A stretch of 47,991 bases of DNA from Gemmatimonadota bacterium (GTDB lineage: Bacteria; Gemmatimonadota; Gemmatimonadetes; Longimicrobiales; RSA9), in NCBI GenBank assembly GCA_040905425.1, contig JBBDRO010000030.1, forward strand, positions 1 through 47,991, read 5' to 3'. How positions within the stretch are numbered: position 1 is the stretch's first letter; every line of letters begins with the position of its first letter. This document shows, piece by piece, positions 1 to 10,936 of the stretch. Under the pieces are notes generated by a model. It was not told the DNA's origin, made no database searches, and saw only the letters and a program-made list of their open reading frames with translations. Made by a program: the position numbers and the translations under genes.

Positions 1-1479
1 GGAGTACGCAAACTCGCGCTGCACGTCCGCCTCGAGGCCCGCCAGCGCCGCGCGGCGTGCCTCGGTGGCTGCCTTGAGTTCCTGTACGCGTGCGCGCAGC
101 GCAGCCGCGCGGGGACTCTCCAGGAGGCCGCGTACGCTGTCCCGCGTGACCAGGAAGGCCGCGAGCGCGGCCGCCAGCGCCAGCACGATGTTGAGCAGCA
201 GGATGGGTCCGTTCATCACGGCAATGACCTCGGCGTACTGGGCCCGCTCGAAGCGTTGCTCGTAGAGCGTCTCGGCCACCTGCAACTCCTGTTGCGCCTG
301 GCCTACGGCGGTGAGGTCATCCGCCGCGCGCGCGCCCTCGAGCCGCGTGGCGGCCGCTTCCACCTGGGCGCGGGCGTCCGCCAGCCGCTCCGCCGTGGAG
401 GTCTCCAGCCGGTTACGCGCCAGGAACAGGAAGGCAATGACGCCCACCAGCCCCACGAAGCTCAGCAGTGCGGACCAGAAGAACTGGCGCCGGTGGGAGC
501 GCACGGCCGTGGCGGCCGTGGGCGTGTCCCTGGAGGACAGGCTCACGACCCGGCGCAGTGCCTCGCCGAAATGGTGCGCCAGGAAGACCAGGAAGACGAT
601 CACGCCCAGCGCTAGCAGCGACGCGTCGATGCTGTGCAGCGTGCGCGCCGCCATGCGGTAGGCGCCGGCCCACAGGCCGTACTGCTCGGAGCGCGCCACC
701 AGCTCACGCCATGCCTCGTCGGCGCCGGGGTCGCTGGGCAGCAGCTCCGTGAAGACCGGCACGTTGGCCACCCAGTCCACGAGCACCAGCAGCGGGATCA
801 GGATCCAGTACTTCCAGTGCGCGAAGAAGCCGCGCACCTCCACCTGTGACTGGCCCGCCTCGGCGGCCTCCTCGGCCTGGTGCAGCGCCGGGGCCGTCTG
901 CTCGAGCTCGGCCACCGCGCCCTCCAGGCCGCCCAGCTCGTGCTCGTAGGCGCTCAGGTGGCTGCCCGCGTCGCGGGCGCTGCCCTGTACGGCGTCCTGC
1001 ACGTTGGTGCGCACCCGCTCCACCCAGCCGTGGAAGACGGCCCGGCAGCGCGCCGCCAGATGGGCCTCCTCCTCCACCTCCTCGTAAACCACATCCACGC
1101 GCGGCAGGTGCGCGGCGGCCGCGCGCTGCGCCAGCGTGCTGGCCTCGCGCTCCAGCGCCGCCAGGTCGTGCCCGAAGCCGATGTCCGCGTTGCCCAGGAT
1201 GCGGCGCAGGCTCTGCGCGCCGGCGCGCTCGCCGTCCTCCGCCTCGGGCAGGTCGGCCGCTCCGCGCAGGCGGTCACCGAGTCCGCGCAGGCGTCCGCCC
1301 AGGCCGTCCAGGCGCTCCTTCCAGCCACGGCGAGGTGCCGGCCGGGCGGCCTCATCCGGAGTCCCGGGGTCCCCTCCGTCCGGGCGCGGAGGGGCCGTGT
1401 TGTTGGGATGAGTGGGGGACTCCCGATCAGGCGCCGGCCGAGCGCGGTCTGCGGGTCTAGCGGTCTGTCGGTCGGGCAC
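1..1479 (-). CDS. Membrane protein with coiled-coil segments, unknown function (runs off left edge, >493 aa)
   Basis: Not in the ORF track. Open frame read by hand from GTG 1479 (RBS CAGGAGG) to position 1: MPDRQTARP...KYWILIPLLVLVDWVANVPVF...LLALGVIVFLVFLAHHFG...FFWSALLSFVGLVGVIAFLFL...ILLLNIVLALAAALAAFLV...QREFAYS; four hydrophobic segments separated by A/E/R-rich helices. Confidence 0.8.
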   Translation of the reverse strand, partial: MPDRQTARPADRARPAPDRESPTHPNNTAPPRPDGGDPGTPDEAARPAPRRGWKERLDGLGGRLRGLGDRLRGAADLPEAEDGERAGAQSLRRILGNADIGFGHDLAALEREASTLAQRAAAAHLPRVDVVYEEVEEEAHLAARCRAVFHGWVERVRTNVQDAVQGSARDAGSHLSAYEHELGGLEGAVAELEQTAPALHQAEEAAEAGQSQVEVRGFFAHWKYWILIPLLVLVDWVANVPVFTELLPSDPGADEAWRELVARSEQYGLWAGAYRMAARTLHSIDASLLALGVIVFLVFLAHHFGEALRRVVSLSSRDTPTAATAVRSHRRQFFWSALLSFVGLVGVIAFLFLARNRLETSTAERLADARAQVEAAATRLEGARAADDLTAVGQAQQELQVAETLYEQRFERAQYAEVIAVMNGPILLLNIVLALAAALAAFLVTRDSVRGLLESPRAAALRARVQELKAATEARRAALAGLEADVQREFAYS

Positions 1480-1532
1480 GCGGCCTCCTGCGCAGCGGTG
1501 GGGTGAGTTGTCCCCTACGGGCCGGGCTCCGT

Positions 1533-1793
1533 TCAGGTTGCACCGGTCGGCGCTCCACCCTCCACGTTGTCCACCGCGCCCTTGATCCCCTCCGCCCGCG
1601 CGCAGTGGGCACTGCAGTAGTAGACCCCATCGGCTTCCGTGCCGTGGCCGATCACCTTCACGCCGCAGTTGGCGCACTCCGGTGCCAGCGTATGGATGGC
1701 GCACTCGAAGCAGTCAAATACGTGCTTCTTGCCAGCCGCGATGACTTCGAAGGAAGCGTAGTAGTCGTTGCCGCAGAACTCACATCTGGCCAT
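1533..1793 (-). CDS. Small Cys/His-rich metal-binding protein (prokaryotic metallothionein-like)
   Basis: CEFC, DCFEC, CANC and CSAHC motifs in 86 aa; GGAG RBS upstream. Confidence 0.75.
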   Translation of the reverse strand: MARCEFCGNDYYASFEVIAAGKKHVFDCFECAIHTLAPECANCGVKVIGHGTEADGVYYCSAHCARAEGIKGAVDNVEGGAPTGAT

Positions 1794-1835
1794 GACCCGG
1801 TATCTCCGCTGAAGGAAAGACTGTGCCAGAATGCA

Positions 1836-1850
1836 GCAGGGAACGGGCCA
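1836..1850 (-). promoter_or_regulatory. Putative sigma54 -24/-12 promoter
   Basis: Minus strand TGGCCCGTTCCCTGC (GG-N10-GC) about 40 bp upstream of the metallothionein-like gene. Confidence 0.5.
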
Positions 1851-1991
1851 GGCGGGGTGGGCGGGGACGCCGTCAGGGGGGCGGGAGCCGACGGGCCGGT
1901 CAGGCGCGGTCGAGCGGGCGCTCGACCAGGGAGGGGGACGCGGCGGCTTGCTTCGCCTGCGCCGTGCCGCGCGCGACAGTGGCAGGCAGAT

Positions 1992-2897
1992 TTACGAAGT
2001 GTCCTCCAGCACCGGAGCATGCACGTGGGGGCGGCCCTCCCAGCCCGCCTCCACCATGGCCGCCAGATCGAAACCCAGCGGGGAGCGCGCGTCGAGCGCC
2101 TCGGCCGCGGCCACCAGCGCCTCCCGGTCGAGCGGTACGCCGCCCCCGCCGGCCACCAGGATACGTTGATTGCGCCCCGGCACGTGCAGCAGCCGTACCT
2201 GCGCGAAGACCGCCGCGTAGGTTGCCACCATGGCGGGGTAGGCACGATTGGAGCTCCACAGGTTGCTCACCACCACACCACCGGGCCCCAGGCGAGTGCG
2301 CACGGCTTCCAGAAACTGCCGGGTACTCAGGTCATAGGGGATGAAGTCATCCGAGTAGGCGTCCAGCACGATGAGATCCCAGCTCCCGGCCGGCGCGCCT
2401 TCGATGAACGCGCGGCCGTCCATGGTGTGGACGGCCATGCGCTCGTCCGGGCGGAAGCCAAAAAACCGCTGGGCCACCTCCACGACCAGCGGATCGATCT
2501 CCACCACGTCGATGCGCGCCGCGGGCAGGACCGCACGCGTGTAGCTGGGCATGGCGCCGCCGCCCAGTCCCACGAAGAGGATGCGGCCGTCGGGCGGTGT
2601 GAGCGCCAGCCCCACCATGCCCAGCTTCGTGTAGGGGAATTCCAGATGGCGGGGGCGGGCCGGGTAGAGGGCGCTCTGGCGCGCCCGGCCCGCGCCGATG
2701 AAGAGAGAGCGCAGGCCGTCATGGCGCTCCACCACGCGGACCCGTCCGAACGGGCCCTCCCGCTCGAAGATGGTGTCCGGGGTGTAGCGGGCCAGTACCC
2801 AGCCGGCGGCCGCGAGCAGGGCGGCGGCCAGCACCAGTCCGCCCAGGCGGGCGGCGTGCGAGCGGGGCGCGGGGGCGCGCTTTGTGGGGCCGGTCAT
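1992..2897 (-). CDS. Spermidine synthase-like SAM-dependent methyltransferase with N-terminal TM/signal segment
   Basis: ILFVGLGGG, VVEIDP, DGRAFI and WDLIVLDAYS motifs; ATG 2897 chosen as start. Confidence 0.8.
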   Translation of the reverse strand: MTGPTKRAPAPRSHAARLGGLVLAAALLAAAGWVLARYTPDTIFEREGPFGRVRVVERHDGLRSLFIGAGRARQSALYPARPRHLEFPYTKLGMVGLALTPPDGRILFVGLGGGAMPSYTRAVLPAARIDVVEIDPLVVEVAQRFFGFRPDERMAVHTMDGRAFIEGAPAGSWDLIVLDAYSDDFIPYDLSTRQFLEAVRTRLGPGGVVVSNLWSSNRAYPAMVATYAAVFAQVRLLHVPGRNQRILVAGGGGVPLDREALVAAAEALDARSPLGFDLAAMVEAGWEGRPHVHAPVLEDTS

Positions 2898-3046
2898 GGG
2901 GACAGTATGGCCCGCCACCTGCTGCCCGACCAGCGGGACGGCAAGCGCGGAGGGACCGTCTCGGGCTCTGCGGGGTGATCATGCGGAGACCGCGCGTTGC
3001 AGGAAGGCCGCGCACGGCATGGACAACGCACGGCAGGATGGACGGT

Positions 3047-4798
3047 ATGGCAGATAGATCGGCGCTAGACGGCATGGAGCAGGACGGCCCCGGCTTTGCG
3101 GCCCTGGGACTCGATGCGCGGCTTATGGCGGGCCTCAGCGACCTGGGTTACGAGGAGCCCACGCCCATCCAGCGGGAGGCCATCCCCCCGCTCCTCGAGG
3201 GCCGCGACCTGGTCGGGCAGGCGGCCACGGGCACGGGCAAGACGGCGGCCTTCGCGCTGCCCATACTGCACCGCCTGGCGGGGCGGGAGCCGGAGCGCGG
3301 CCTGCCCGCGGCGCTGGTCCTGGTGCCCACCCGGGAGCTGGCCATGCAGGTGGCCGAGGCCATTCACCGCTACGGACGGGCACTGGACGTGAGCGTGCTG
3401 CCCATCTACGGCGGGCAGTCCTTCGTCCAGCAGCTGCGCACGCTGAAGCGCGGGGTGCAGGTGGTGGTGGCCACCCCCGGCCGCGCCCTGGACCACATCA
3501 ATCGTGGCACGCTGGACCTGCGCCACGTGGACGTGGTGGTGCTGGACGAGGCCGACGAAATGCTGGACATGGGCTTCGCGGAGGACCTGGAGGCCATCCT
3601 GGGCGCCACGCCCGAGGGGCGTCAGACGGTGCTCTTCTCGGCCACCATGCCGCAGCGCATCGCGGCCATCGCGCGCCGGCATCTGCGCGATCCCGCGAAG
3701 GTGGAGATCGTGCGCGAGCGGCTGGAGAAGGGCGCGGTCCCGCAGGTGCGCCAGACCGCCTACATCGTGCCGCGCGCCCACAAGCTGGCCGCCCTCGGCC
3801 GCGTGCTGGACATGGAGAACCCGGAGGCCGCCATCATCTTCTGCCGCACGCGCAACGCGGTGGACGAGCTGGTGGAGAAGGTGAGCGCGCACGGCTACCG
3901 CGCGGAGGCCATCCACGGCGGCATGACGCAGGAGCAGCGCGATCGGGTGATGCACAAGCTGCGCGGCGGGGGCACCGACCTGCTCATCGCCACCGACGTG
4001 GCCGCGCGCGGGCTGGACATCCAGCGCCTCACGCACGTCATCAACTATGACCTGCCCAACGCGCCGGAGCCCTACCTGCACCGTGTGGGGCGGGTGGGCC
4101 GCGCGGGCCGCGAGGGCGTGGCCATCACCCTGGCCGAGCCGCGCGAGCACCGGCTGCTCAAGAGCATCGAGCAGCTCACCAAGCGCAAGATCGAGGTGGC
4201 GCGCGTGCCTACCGTGGCGGATCTACGCACGCGCCGGCTGGAGCTGGTGCGGGCGTCGCTGCGGGAGACGCTGCTCGCCGGGGAGCTGGAATCCTACCGG
4301 GTGGTGGTCGAGAGCCTGGCCGACGAGTTCGACCCCATGGACGTGGCCATGGCCGCGGTGAAGCTGGCGCAGGAGGCGGTGGGGCCCGACGAGTCGGGGG
4401 AGGAGATCCCCGACGTGCCGGCGCACCTGGAAGGCCCCCCCCGGCGCCAGGCCGCCCGGGGTGGCAAGGGGGCGCGCGCCGGGAGGCCCGCTGCCGGGGG
4501 CGCCGGCAGTGGCAAGGGCGGTAAGCAGGGCAGGGGAGGCCCGGGCGTGTCCCCCGGCCACACGCGCCTGTGGGTGGGGGCGGGCCGCAACGCCGGTATC
4601 CGCCCGCAGGACCTGGTGGGCGCCATCACGGGCGAGGCCGGCATCCGGGGCGGGGAAGTCGGCGCCATCGAGATCACCGACCGCTTCTCCATCGTGGAGG
4701 TGCGCGAGGACGTGGCCGGCCACGTGGTGGACGCGCTGCGCGGCAGTTCCCTCAAGGGCCGGAAGGTGACCGTGCGTCTGGACCGCGCCGGGTCCTAG
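3047..4798 (+). CDS. deaD: DEAD-box RNA helicase with C-terminal DbpA RNA-binding domain
   Basis: Q motif PTPIQ, ATGTGKT, PTRELA, TPGR, DEAD, SAT, ARGLD, HRVGRVGR; C-terminal GIRPQDLVGAI...VGAIEI; start uncertain (3038/3047/3074). Confidence 0.92.
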   Translation: MADRSALDGMEQDGPGFAALGLDARLMAGLSDLGYEEPTPIQREAIPPLLEGRDLVGQAATGTGKTAAFALPILHRLAGREPERGLPAALVLVPTRELAMQVAEAIHRYGRALDVSVLPIYGGQSFVQQLRTLKRGVQVVVATPGRALDHINRGTLDLRHVDVVVLDEADEMLDMGFAEDLEAILGATPEGRQTVLFSATMPQRIAAIARRHLRDPAKVEIVRERLEKGAVPQVRQTAYIVPRAHKLAALGRVLDMENPEAAIIFCRTRNAVDELVEKVSAHGYRAEAIHGGMTQEQRDRVMHKLRGGGTDLLIATDVAARGLDIQRLTHVINYDLPNAPEPYLHRVGRVGRAGREGVAITLAEPREHRLLKSIEQLTKRKIEVARVPTVADLRTRRLELVRASLRETLLAGELESYRVVVESLADEFDPMDVAMAAVKLAQEAVGPDESGEEIPDVPAHLEGPPRRQAARGGKGARAGRPAAGGAGSGKGGKQGRGGPGVSPGHTRLWVGAGRNAGIRPQDLVGAITGEAGIRGGEVGAIEITDRFSIVEVREDVAGHVVDALRGSSLKGRKVTVRLDRAGS

Positions 4799-4827
4799 CG
4801 GGCGCCTGGCCAGGAAGGTGGGTGAGC

Positions 4828-5070
4828 ATGCTCGACGATGACTGGCTCGACGAGGAGTTCCCGCTTGGTGAGGTGGCTGCCGAGGACACCGCGTGGGTGG
4901 TCTGTCCGTACTGTGCCAGCCGGGTGGAACTGACCCTGGACCCGGGCGGTGCCGCGGTGCAGAACTACGTGGAGGACTGCGAGGTGTGCTGCCGGCCCTG
5001 GTACCTCACCGTGCGCTGGGACGAGGCGGGGCAGGCGCAGGTGGAGGCGCGCGCGGAGGGGGAGGCGTAG
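4828..5070 (+). CDS. CPXCG-motif cysteine-rich protein
   Basis: CPYC...YVEDCEVCCRP signature. Confidence 0.85.
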   Translation: MLDDDWLDEEFPLGEVAAEDTAWVVCPYCASRVELTLDPGGAAVQNYVEDCEVCCRPWYLTVRWDEAGQAQVEARAEGEA

Positions 5071-5213
5071 TCGTCGCTTACAGTAGAGACACGTAGCATC
5101 GTGCGCCGACGCATCGGGTGTCCCCGGCACGGGTCGGTCGGTAGATTGTCCCGGGAAGGGTGGCACCAGGAGAGAGCGCCTATCAAGCATGTCCAATTGG
5201 AGGCCGTGCGCCG

Positions 5214-5558
5214 ATGAAGCATCTCACGCCGGACCAGCAACGGGAACTGGCCGATGAGCTGGATCGCGTGCTCCGCAAGCTGGAGCGCAGCATGCTGGTG
5301 ACGGACGAGGCGCTCCGCCCCGTGGTGCTGGATCAGTCCGCGGTGGGCCGGCTGTCGCGCATCGATTCGCTGCAGAACCAGGGGCTCACGCGCAACCTTC
5401 AGGAGCGCGAGCAGGCCAAGCTGGGGCAAGTGGTAACCGCGATGCGGCGCATGGCGGATGACACCTACGGCGTGTGCGTGGAATGCGCCGGGCCCATCCC
5501 CTTCGAGCGCCTGCAGGTATTCCCCGAGACGCCCACCTGCGCCGCGTGCGCGTCCTGA
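5214..5558 (+). CDS. TraR/DksA family C4 zinc-finger protein
   Basis: LDQSAVGRLSRIDSLQ coiled coil; YGVCVEC...IPFERL..FP....CAAC; GGAGG RBS. Confidence 0.85.
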   Translation: MKHLTPDQQRELADELDRVLRKLERSMLVTDEALRPVVLDQSAVGRLSRIDSLQNQGLTRNLQEREQAKLGQVVTAMRRMADDTYGVCVECAGPIPFERLQVFPETPTCAACAS

Positions 5559-5575
5559 GCACCCGGGAGGCCGGT

Positions 5576-5965
5576 ATGCACACAGTATACGTGGTCGAGG
5601 ACGATCCGCAGGTCCGCCTGATCGTGGCCCGGTTCCTGGAGCACCCCGACCTGAGCGTCACCACGTTCGCGAGCGCGGAGGCGGCGGCCAAGGCGCTGGA
5701 CGAGGCGCCCCCCGACGTGGCGCTGGTGGACGTGTCCCTGCCGCTGGCCTCGGGCGTGGACCTGCAGCAGTTCATCCAGGACATGGCGCCGGCCACGAAG
5801 ATCCTGCTCATGAGCGGGCACGGGCCGGAGTTCCTGGGCCATCAGGGGCTGCAGCCGGGGACGCCGTTCATACAGAAACCCTTCACGCGGGAGGACGTGC
5901 GCCGTGCGGTGCTGGCGCTGGCCGGGCAGGGGAGCGCGGAGGATCTGCCGCGCTTCAGCGGCTAG
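5576..5965 (+). CDS. Single-domain response regulator (receiver)
   Basis: VVEDD, LVDVSLP (phospho-Asp), MSG and FIQKPF motifs; GGAGG RBS. Confidence 0.88.
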   Translation: MHTVYVVEDDPQVRLIVARFLEHPDLSVTTFASAEAAAKALDEAPPDVALVDVSLPLASGVDLQQFIQDMAPATKILLMSGHGPEFLGHQGLQPGTPFIQKPFTREDVRRAVLALAGQGSAEDLPRFSG

Positions 5966-6617
5966 CGCCGCGCTCCTTCGACCCGCCGTTGCCGCGCACG
6001 CCGAGCGCGGCCCGCGCGGCGCGCGCCGCCTGCGCCAGCTCCGCGTCCCGGTCCCGCACGCGCAGGAGCGGATGGCCCGGATCCAGCTCCGCCGCCTCCC
6101 GCACGCAGTCTTCCACGATCCACGCCACCTCGCGCTGTTCGTACAGGTAGCCCGCCACGAGTGAGGCGCGCTGGCCCGGGGTGAGCGTGGCGGGGGAGAG
6201 GTCCTCGGATAGGGGTTCAGCGGGGGGCGCGGCCTCGTTGTCCCCAAGGAGCCGCGCCGTGCTCACGTAGGCGGTGCGGTGCGGCGCGGAGCGGAGCCAG
6301 GCCAGGAGCGCGGCCGCGTCGGTGGGGGCGGATACCCGCTCCACCACGCTCGCACTGCCGCCGCCGCCGGCCAGGTCCGCCAGCGCGGCGCACGCGAACA
6401 GGTGGCGCTGCCGGTCGGGGCCGGCCTCGTCCGACCAGGCGTCCGCCTGGGCCTCCCGCATCATCTCGCGCCACCACTCGGGCGCCACCCCCGGATGGCG
6501 GATAGCGCGGCCCATGCCGCCCGTCCGCTCGACGCGGCGGACCAGGTTGAGCGCGTCCGTGGCCAGGCTGCGCATGCGCGCGCCCGACGTGTTGCTGGTG
6601 TTCTCGTGCTCCGTCAT
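5955..6617 (-). CDS. Hypothetical protein
   Basis: 220-aa ORF with host-like codon usage filling the gap; no motif recognised. Confidence 0.6.
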   Translation of the reverse strand: MTEHENTSNTSGARMRSLATDALNLVRRVERTGGMGRAIRHPGVAPEWWREMMREAQADAWSDEAGPDRQRHLFACAALADLAGGGGSASVVERVSAPTDAAALLAWLRSAPHRTAYVSTARLLGDNEAAPPAEPLSEDLSPATLTPGQRASLVAGYLYEQREVAWIVEDCVREAAELDPGHPLLRVRDRDAELAQAARAARAALGVRGNGGSKERGASR

Positions 6618-6749
6618 ACCTGTGGACCGTTCGTGCGTGCATTGCCGTTGCCCGGCCTTCGGGCCATCGACCGCGACTGTCGTGGGGAGCGGGAAGCATA
6701 GCGCTTTGGGCCGCTACTCTCCAGCCCTGGATCTCTTTAGATTGCCATC

Positions 6750-7871
6750 ATGACCACCAGCACCCTTGCCGGCGGCGTGCCGACGAGCGCCTCCGACCGC
6801 TCCATCGCCGACTGGCGCACGGCCCTTCCCGAGGCACATCGCCGGCCGCTGCGTGCCTGGTTCTGGAGCATCGCCGCCATGACGCTGGGCGTGCTCATCA
6901 TCGGCGGCATCACACGTCTCACGCAGTCCGGGCTGAGCATCGTGGACTGGGATCCGCTCATGGGCGTCATCCCGCCGCTCGGTGACGCGCAGTGGCAGGA
7001 GGCCTTCGAGCGCTATCGCCAGTTCCCCGAATACCAGAAACTGCGCGAGGGGATGAGCCTGGGCCAGTTCAGGTTCATCTTCTTCTGGGAATATCTGCAC
7101 CGCCTCATGGCGCGCGCCATCGGCCTGGTCTTCCTGGTGCCGTTCGTGTTCTTGGCGCTGCGTGGCTGGCTGCGCAAGCCCCTCATGCTGCGCGCGCTCG
7201 GCCTCTTCGCGCTGGGCGCCATGCAGGGCGTGATGGGCTGGATCATGGTGGCCAGCGGGCTCGTGGACCGGCCGAGCGTGAGCCACTACCGCCTGGCCGC
7301 GCACCTCTCCCTGGCCTTCGTGATCTTCGGCTACGCGGTGTGGCTGGCGCGCGAGTTGAAGGTGGTAAGCGACTCGGCAACACTCCCTTCTTCCGCACTC
7401 CGGCTCCTGCGCCGGGGCCTGCTCCTGATGGGGGCGCTGCTCGGGTTGCAGGTCATCTGGGGGGCCTTCGTGGCGGGGCTCGATGCCGGCTTCTTCCACA
7501 ATACCTTTCCGCTGATGGCGGGGCGGTGGGTGCCCGCTGACCTGGCGCCCTACGATCCGGCCGTGGTGAACTTCCTGGTGCACCCCGTGGCCGTGCAGTG
7601 GACCCACCGGGTGCTGGGCACGCTGCTGACGCTCGCGGCGCTCGGCCTGGCCTGGTGGGCGCTCCGGGCCCCGTTGGACGCGCTATCCCGGCGTTACGCC
7701 GTGACGCTGGCCGGCCTCACGCTCGGGCAGTATCTGCTGGGCGTGGTGACGCTGTTGCTGGTGGTGCCGGTGCCTCTCGGCGTGGCCCATCAGGCGCTGG
7801 CCATGGTGCTCTTCGGCGTCTGGGTGATGTGGGTGCATCACGCGCGCGTTGCGTTAACTTCCCCGTCATGA
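6750..7871 (+). CDS. ctaA: Heme A synthase (COX15/CtaA)
   Basis: IGGITRLTQSGLSIVDW, EYLHR, RLAAHL, QWTHR and VAHQ conserved His motifs; about 8 TM helices. Confidence 0.93.
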   Translation: MTTSTLAGGVPTSASDRSIADWRTALPEAHRRPLRAWFWSIAAMTLGVLIIGGITRLTQSGLSIVDWDPLMGVIPPLGDAQWQEAFERYRQFPEYQKLREGMSLGQFRFIFFWEYLHRLMARAIGLVFLVPFVFLALRGWLRKPLMLRALGLFALGAMQGVMGWIMVASGLVDRPSVSHYRLAAHLSLAFVIFGYAVWLARELKVVSDSATLPSSALRLLRRGLLLMGALLGLQVIWGAFVAGLDAGFFHNTFPLMAGRWVPADLAPYDPAVVNFLVHPVAVQWTHRVLGTLLTLAALGLAWWALRAPLDALSRRYAVTLAGLTLGQYLLGVVTLLLVVPVPLGVAHQALAMVLFGVWVMWVHHARVALTSPS

Positions 7872-9817
7872 TTTCCGTATCCAATCTCGAGAAGTCCTTT
7901 GGCGACCGCGTGCTCTTCGCGGACGCCTCCTTCCAGCTGAACGCGGGCAGCCGCTACGGGCTCGTGGGCGCCAACGGGTCGGGCAAGACCACCCTGCTGT
8001 CCATCCTGAGCGGGCATCAGGAGGCCACCAGCGGGTCCGTGTCCATCCCCAAGAAGCTGCGCCTGGGCGTGCTCCGCCAGGACCAGTTCCTCTACGAGGA
8101 CCAGGAGATCCTGGGCGTGGCGCTGATGGGCAACCCGGAGCTCTGGCACGCCATGGTGGAGAAGGAGAAGCTGCTGGCCCGGGCGGATCAGGAGTTCGAC
8201 GCCGAGCGCTTCGGTGAGCTGGAGGACACGGTGCAGCGCCACGACGGCTACGCGGCCGAGGCGCGCGCGGCCATCATCCTGGAGGGGCTGGGGCTGCCCA
8301 CCGAGGTGCACCGGCAGCCGCTCTCCACGCTCTCGGGTGGCTTCAAGCTGCGCGTACTACTGGCGCAGGTGCTGGCCGGCTCGCCGGACGTTCTGCTCCT
8401 GGACGAGCCGACCAACCACCTGGACATCCTCTCCATCCGCTGGCTGGAGAAGTTCCTGGAGGACTTCCGCGGCCCGGCGGTGGTCATCTCCCACGACCAC
8501 CGCTTCCTGGACAACGTCTCCACCCACATCCTGGACGTGGATTACGCCACGGTGACGCTCTACACCGGCAACTACACCACCTTCGTGGAGCAGAAGAAGG
8601 CCGAGCGGGAGCGGCGCGAGAAGGAGATCGAGGGCCGCGAGAAGGAGATTGCGCACCACCAGCAGTTCGTGGACCGCTTCAAGGCCAAGAACACCAAGGC
8701 CCGCCAGGCGCAGAGCAAGGTGCGCATGATCGAGCGCATCGCGGAGGACCTGCACGAGCTGCCGGGCAGCTCGCGTCGCTACCCCAAGTTCCGCTTCAGC
8801 CAGCAGCGCCCGAGCGGCAAGGACGTGCTGGTCGTGCGGGACGTTGCCAAGGCCTACGGCGGCAACGAGGTGCTGCACGGCGTGGACCTGGACGTGCGGC
8901 GCGGGGACCGGCTCGTGATCATGGGGCCCAACGGCATCGGCAAGTCCACGCTGCTGAAGATTGCCATGGGCGTGGTGGAGGCGGACCGCGGCACGCTCAC
9001 CTGGGGGCACGAGACCCGGGCCGGCTACTTCGCGCAGGACCATCACGAGCAGCTCGAGGCCTCCGACCGTACGGCGGAGGAATGGCTATGGGACTTTGCG
9101 CCGGGCAAGGACCGCGGCTTCATCCGGGGCCAGATGGGCATGATGCTCTTCAGCGGGGACGACGGGGCCAAGAAGCTGTCCGCACTCTCGGGGGGCGAGG
9201 CCGCCCGCCTGGTCTTCAGCCGCATCATGCTGGAGCAGCCCAACGTGCTGGTGCTGGACGAGCCCACCAACCACCTCGACCTGGAGTCCATCGAGGCGCT
9301 GGTGGCCGGCCTGCAGAACTACGACGGCACGCTGGTCTTCGTCTCCCATGACCGCTGGTTCGTGAGCCAGCTGGCCACGCGCGTGGTGGAGATCAGCGCC
9401 GCCGGCATCCGGGACTACCAGGGCACCTACGAGGAGTACGTGCACGCCTGCGGGGACGACCACCTGGACGTGGACACGGTGGTGCTCAAGGCCACGCGCG
9501 AGCCGAGGAAGGAGCGCCGCAAGGAGCCCCCGGCCCGGGTCAAGCCCACGGGCAACGGGCGCGCGCGCAGTGGCGGCACCCTGGATCGCGGCAAGCTGGA
9601 GAGCCGGCGCGACGAGCTCACCGCGGAGATCGAGCGGGTCGAGGCGCGCGTGGCGGAGATCGACGCGGCATTCGCCCGCGCCGGGTTCTTCGAGGAGGCG
9701 GACCCCGACGAGATCGCGCGCCTCACCGCCGAGCGCACGGAGCTGCTCGGGCGCGTGGAGCACCTCATGGCCGAGTGGGAGAGCGCGGAGCGGGAGCTGG
9801 AGGCGGTGGGGTCGTGA
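7868..9817 (+). CDS. ABC-F family ATP-binding protein
   Basis: Two ABC domains ([23 protein letters not shown] and [22 protein letters not shown]), no TM segment, C-terminal coiled coil; ATGA overlap with ctaA. Confidence 0.93.
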   Translation: MISVSNLEKSFGDRVLFADASFQLNAGSRYGLVGANGSGKTTLLSILSGHQEATSGSVSIPKKLRLGVLRQDQFLYEDQEILGVALMGNPELWHAMVEKEKLLARADQEFDAERFGELEDTVQRHDGYAAEARAAIILEGLGLPTEVHRQPLSTLSGGFKLRVLLAQVLAGSPDVLLLDEPTNHLDILSIRWLEKFLEDFRGPAVVISHDHRFLDNVSTHILDVDYATVTLYTGNYTTFVEQKKAERERREKEIEGREKEIAHHQQFVDRFKAKNTKARQAQSKVRMIERIAEDLHELPGSSRRYPKFRFSQQRPSGKDVLVVRDVAKAYGGNEVLHGVDLDVRRGDRLVIMGPNGIGKSTLLKIAMGVVEADRGTLTWGHETRAGYFAQDHHEQLEASDRTAEEWLWDFAPGKDRGFIRGQMGMMLFSGDDGAKKLSALSGGEAARLVFSRIMLEQPNVLVLDEPTNHLDLESIEALVAGLQNYDGTLVFVSHDRWFVSQLATRVVEISAAGIRDYQGTYEEYVHACGDDHLDVDTVVLKATREPRKERRKEPPARVKPTGNGRARSGGTLDRGKLESRRDELTAEIERVEARVAEIDAAFARAGFFEEADPDEIARLTAERTELLGRVEHLMAEWESAERELEAVGS

Positions 9818-9834
9818 GCGTGGCCGGAGCGCCC

Positions 9835-10869
9835 ATGGAAATCGGCCTCTACACCTTCGCGGAAACACGTCTGGATCCCACCACCGGCCGGCAGCTGGCC
9901 GCCGGTGAGCGCCTGCGCCACCTGCTCGAGGAGATGGAGGTGGCCGATCAGGTGGGGCTGGACGTCTTCGGCGTGGGGGAGCACCACCGCCCCGACTACG
10001 CCGTCTCGGCGCCCGCCGTGGTGCTGGCCGCCGGCGCGGCCCGGACCGAACGCATCCGCCTGACCAGCGCCGTCTCGGTGCTGAGTTCCGATGATCCGGT
10101 GCGCGTCTTCCAGGACTTTGCCACGCTGGACCTGCTGTCGGGCGGACGCGCGGAGATCATGGCCGGCCGCGGCTCCTTCACGGAATCCTTTCCGCTCTTC
10201 GGCCAGGACCTGGCCGACTACGACGAGCTGTTCGCCGAGAAGCTCGAGCTGCTCCTGAAGCTGCGCGAGGCGGAGCGCGTAACCTGGTCCGGCCGCCACC
10301 GCCCCGCCATCCAGGACCGGTTGGTGCTGCCGCGGCCGGAACAGCAGCCGCTGCCCGTCTGGCTGGCGGTGGGCGGGACGCCGCAGTCGGTGGTGCGCGC
10401 GGCCACGCTGGGGCTGCCCATGGCGCTGGCCATCATCGGCGGTGCGCCGGAGCGCTTCAAGCCGGTGGTGGAGCTCTACCGCGAGGCGGCCGCGCGCGCC
10501 GGCCACGACCCCGCCACCCTGCCGGTGAGCATCAACGCCCACGGCTTTCTGGCGGAGGACGCCGAGCGGGCGGCCGACATGGCCTTTCCGCCTTTCGCGG
10601 AGACCATGACGCGCATCGGCCGGGAGCGCGGCTGGCCGCCCACCACGCGCATGCAGTTCGACGCCGAGCGCACCCTGCGCGGCGCGCTCTTCGTGGGCGG
10701 CCCGCAGCAGGTCATCGACAAGATCCTCTACCAGCACGAGCTCTTCGGGCACCAACGCGTGCTCATCCAGCTCACGGTGGGCCCCATGCCGCACGCCGAC
10801 GTGCTGCGCGCCATCGAGCTGCTGGGCACGGAGGTGGCGCCGGTGGTGCGGCGGGAGACGGCCGCCTAG
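9835..10869 (+). CDS. LLM class (luciferase-like) flavin-dependent oxidoreductase
   Basis: [36 protein letters not shown] and [13 protein letters not shown] motifs. Confidence 0.9.
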   Translation: MEIGLYTFAETRLDPTTGRQLAAGERLRHLLEEMEVADQVGLDVFGVGEHHRPDYAVSAPAVVLAAGAARTERIRLTSAVSVLSSDDPVRVFQDFATLDLLSGGRAEIMAGRGSFTESFPLFGQDLADYDELFAEKLELLLKLREAERVTWSGRHRPAIQDRLVLPRPEQQPLPVWLAVGGTPQSVVRAATLGLPMALAIIGGAPERFKPVVELYREAAARAGHDPATLPVSINAHGFLAEDAERAADMAFPPFAETMTRIGRERGWPPTTRMQFDAERTLRGALFVGGPQQVIDKILYQHELFGHQRVLIQLTVGPMPHADVLRAIELLGTEVAPVVRRETAA

Positions 10870-10936
10870 CTCCTGAACGCGCGCGCGGGGCGGAGGCCGT
10901 CTGCGCCGACCCCACTACTTGCCGTGCGGAATGGCC

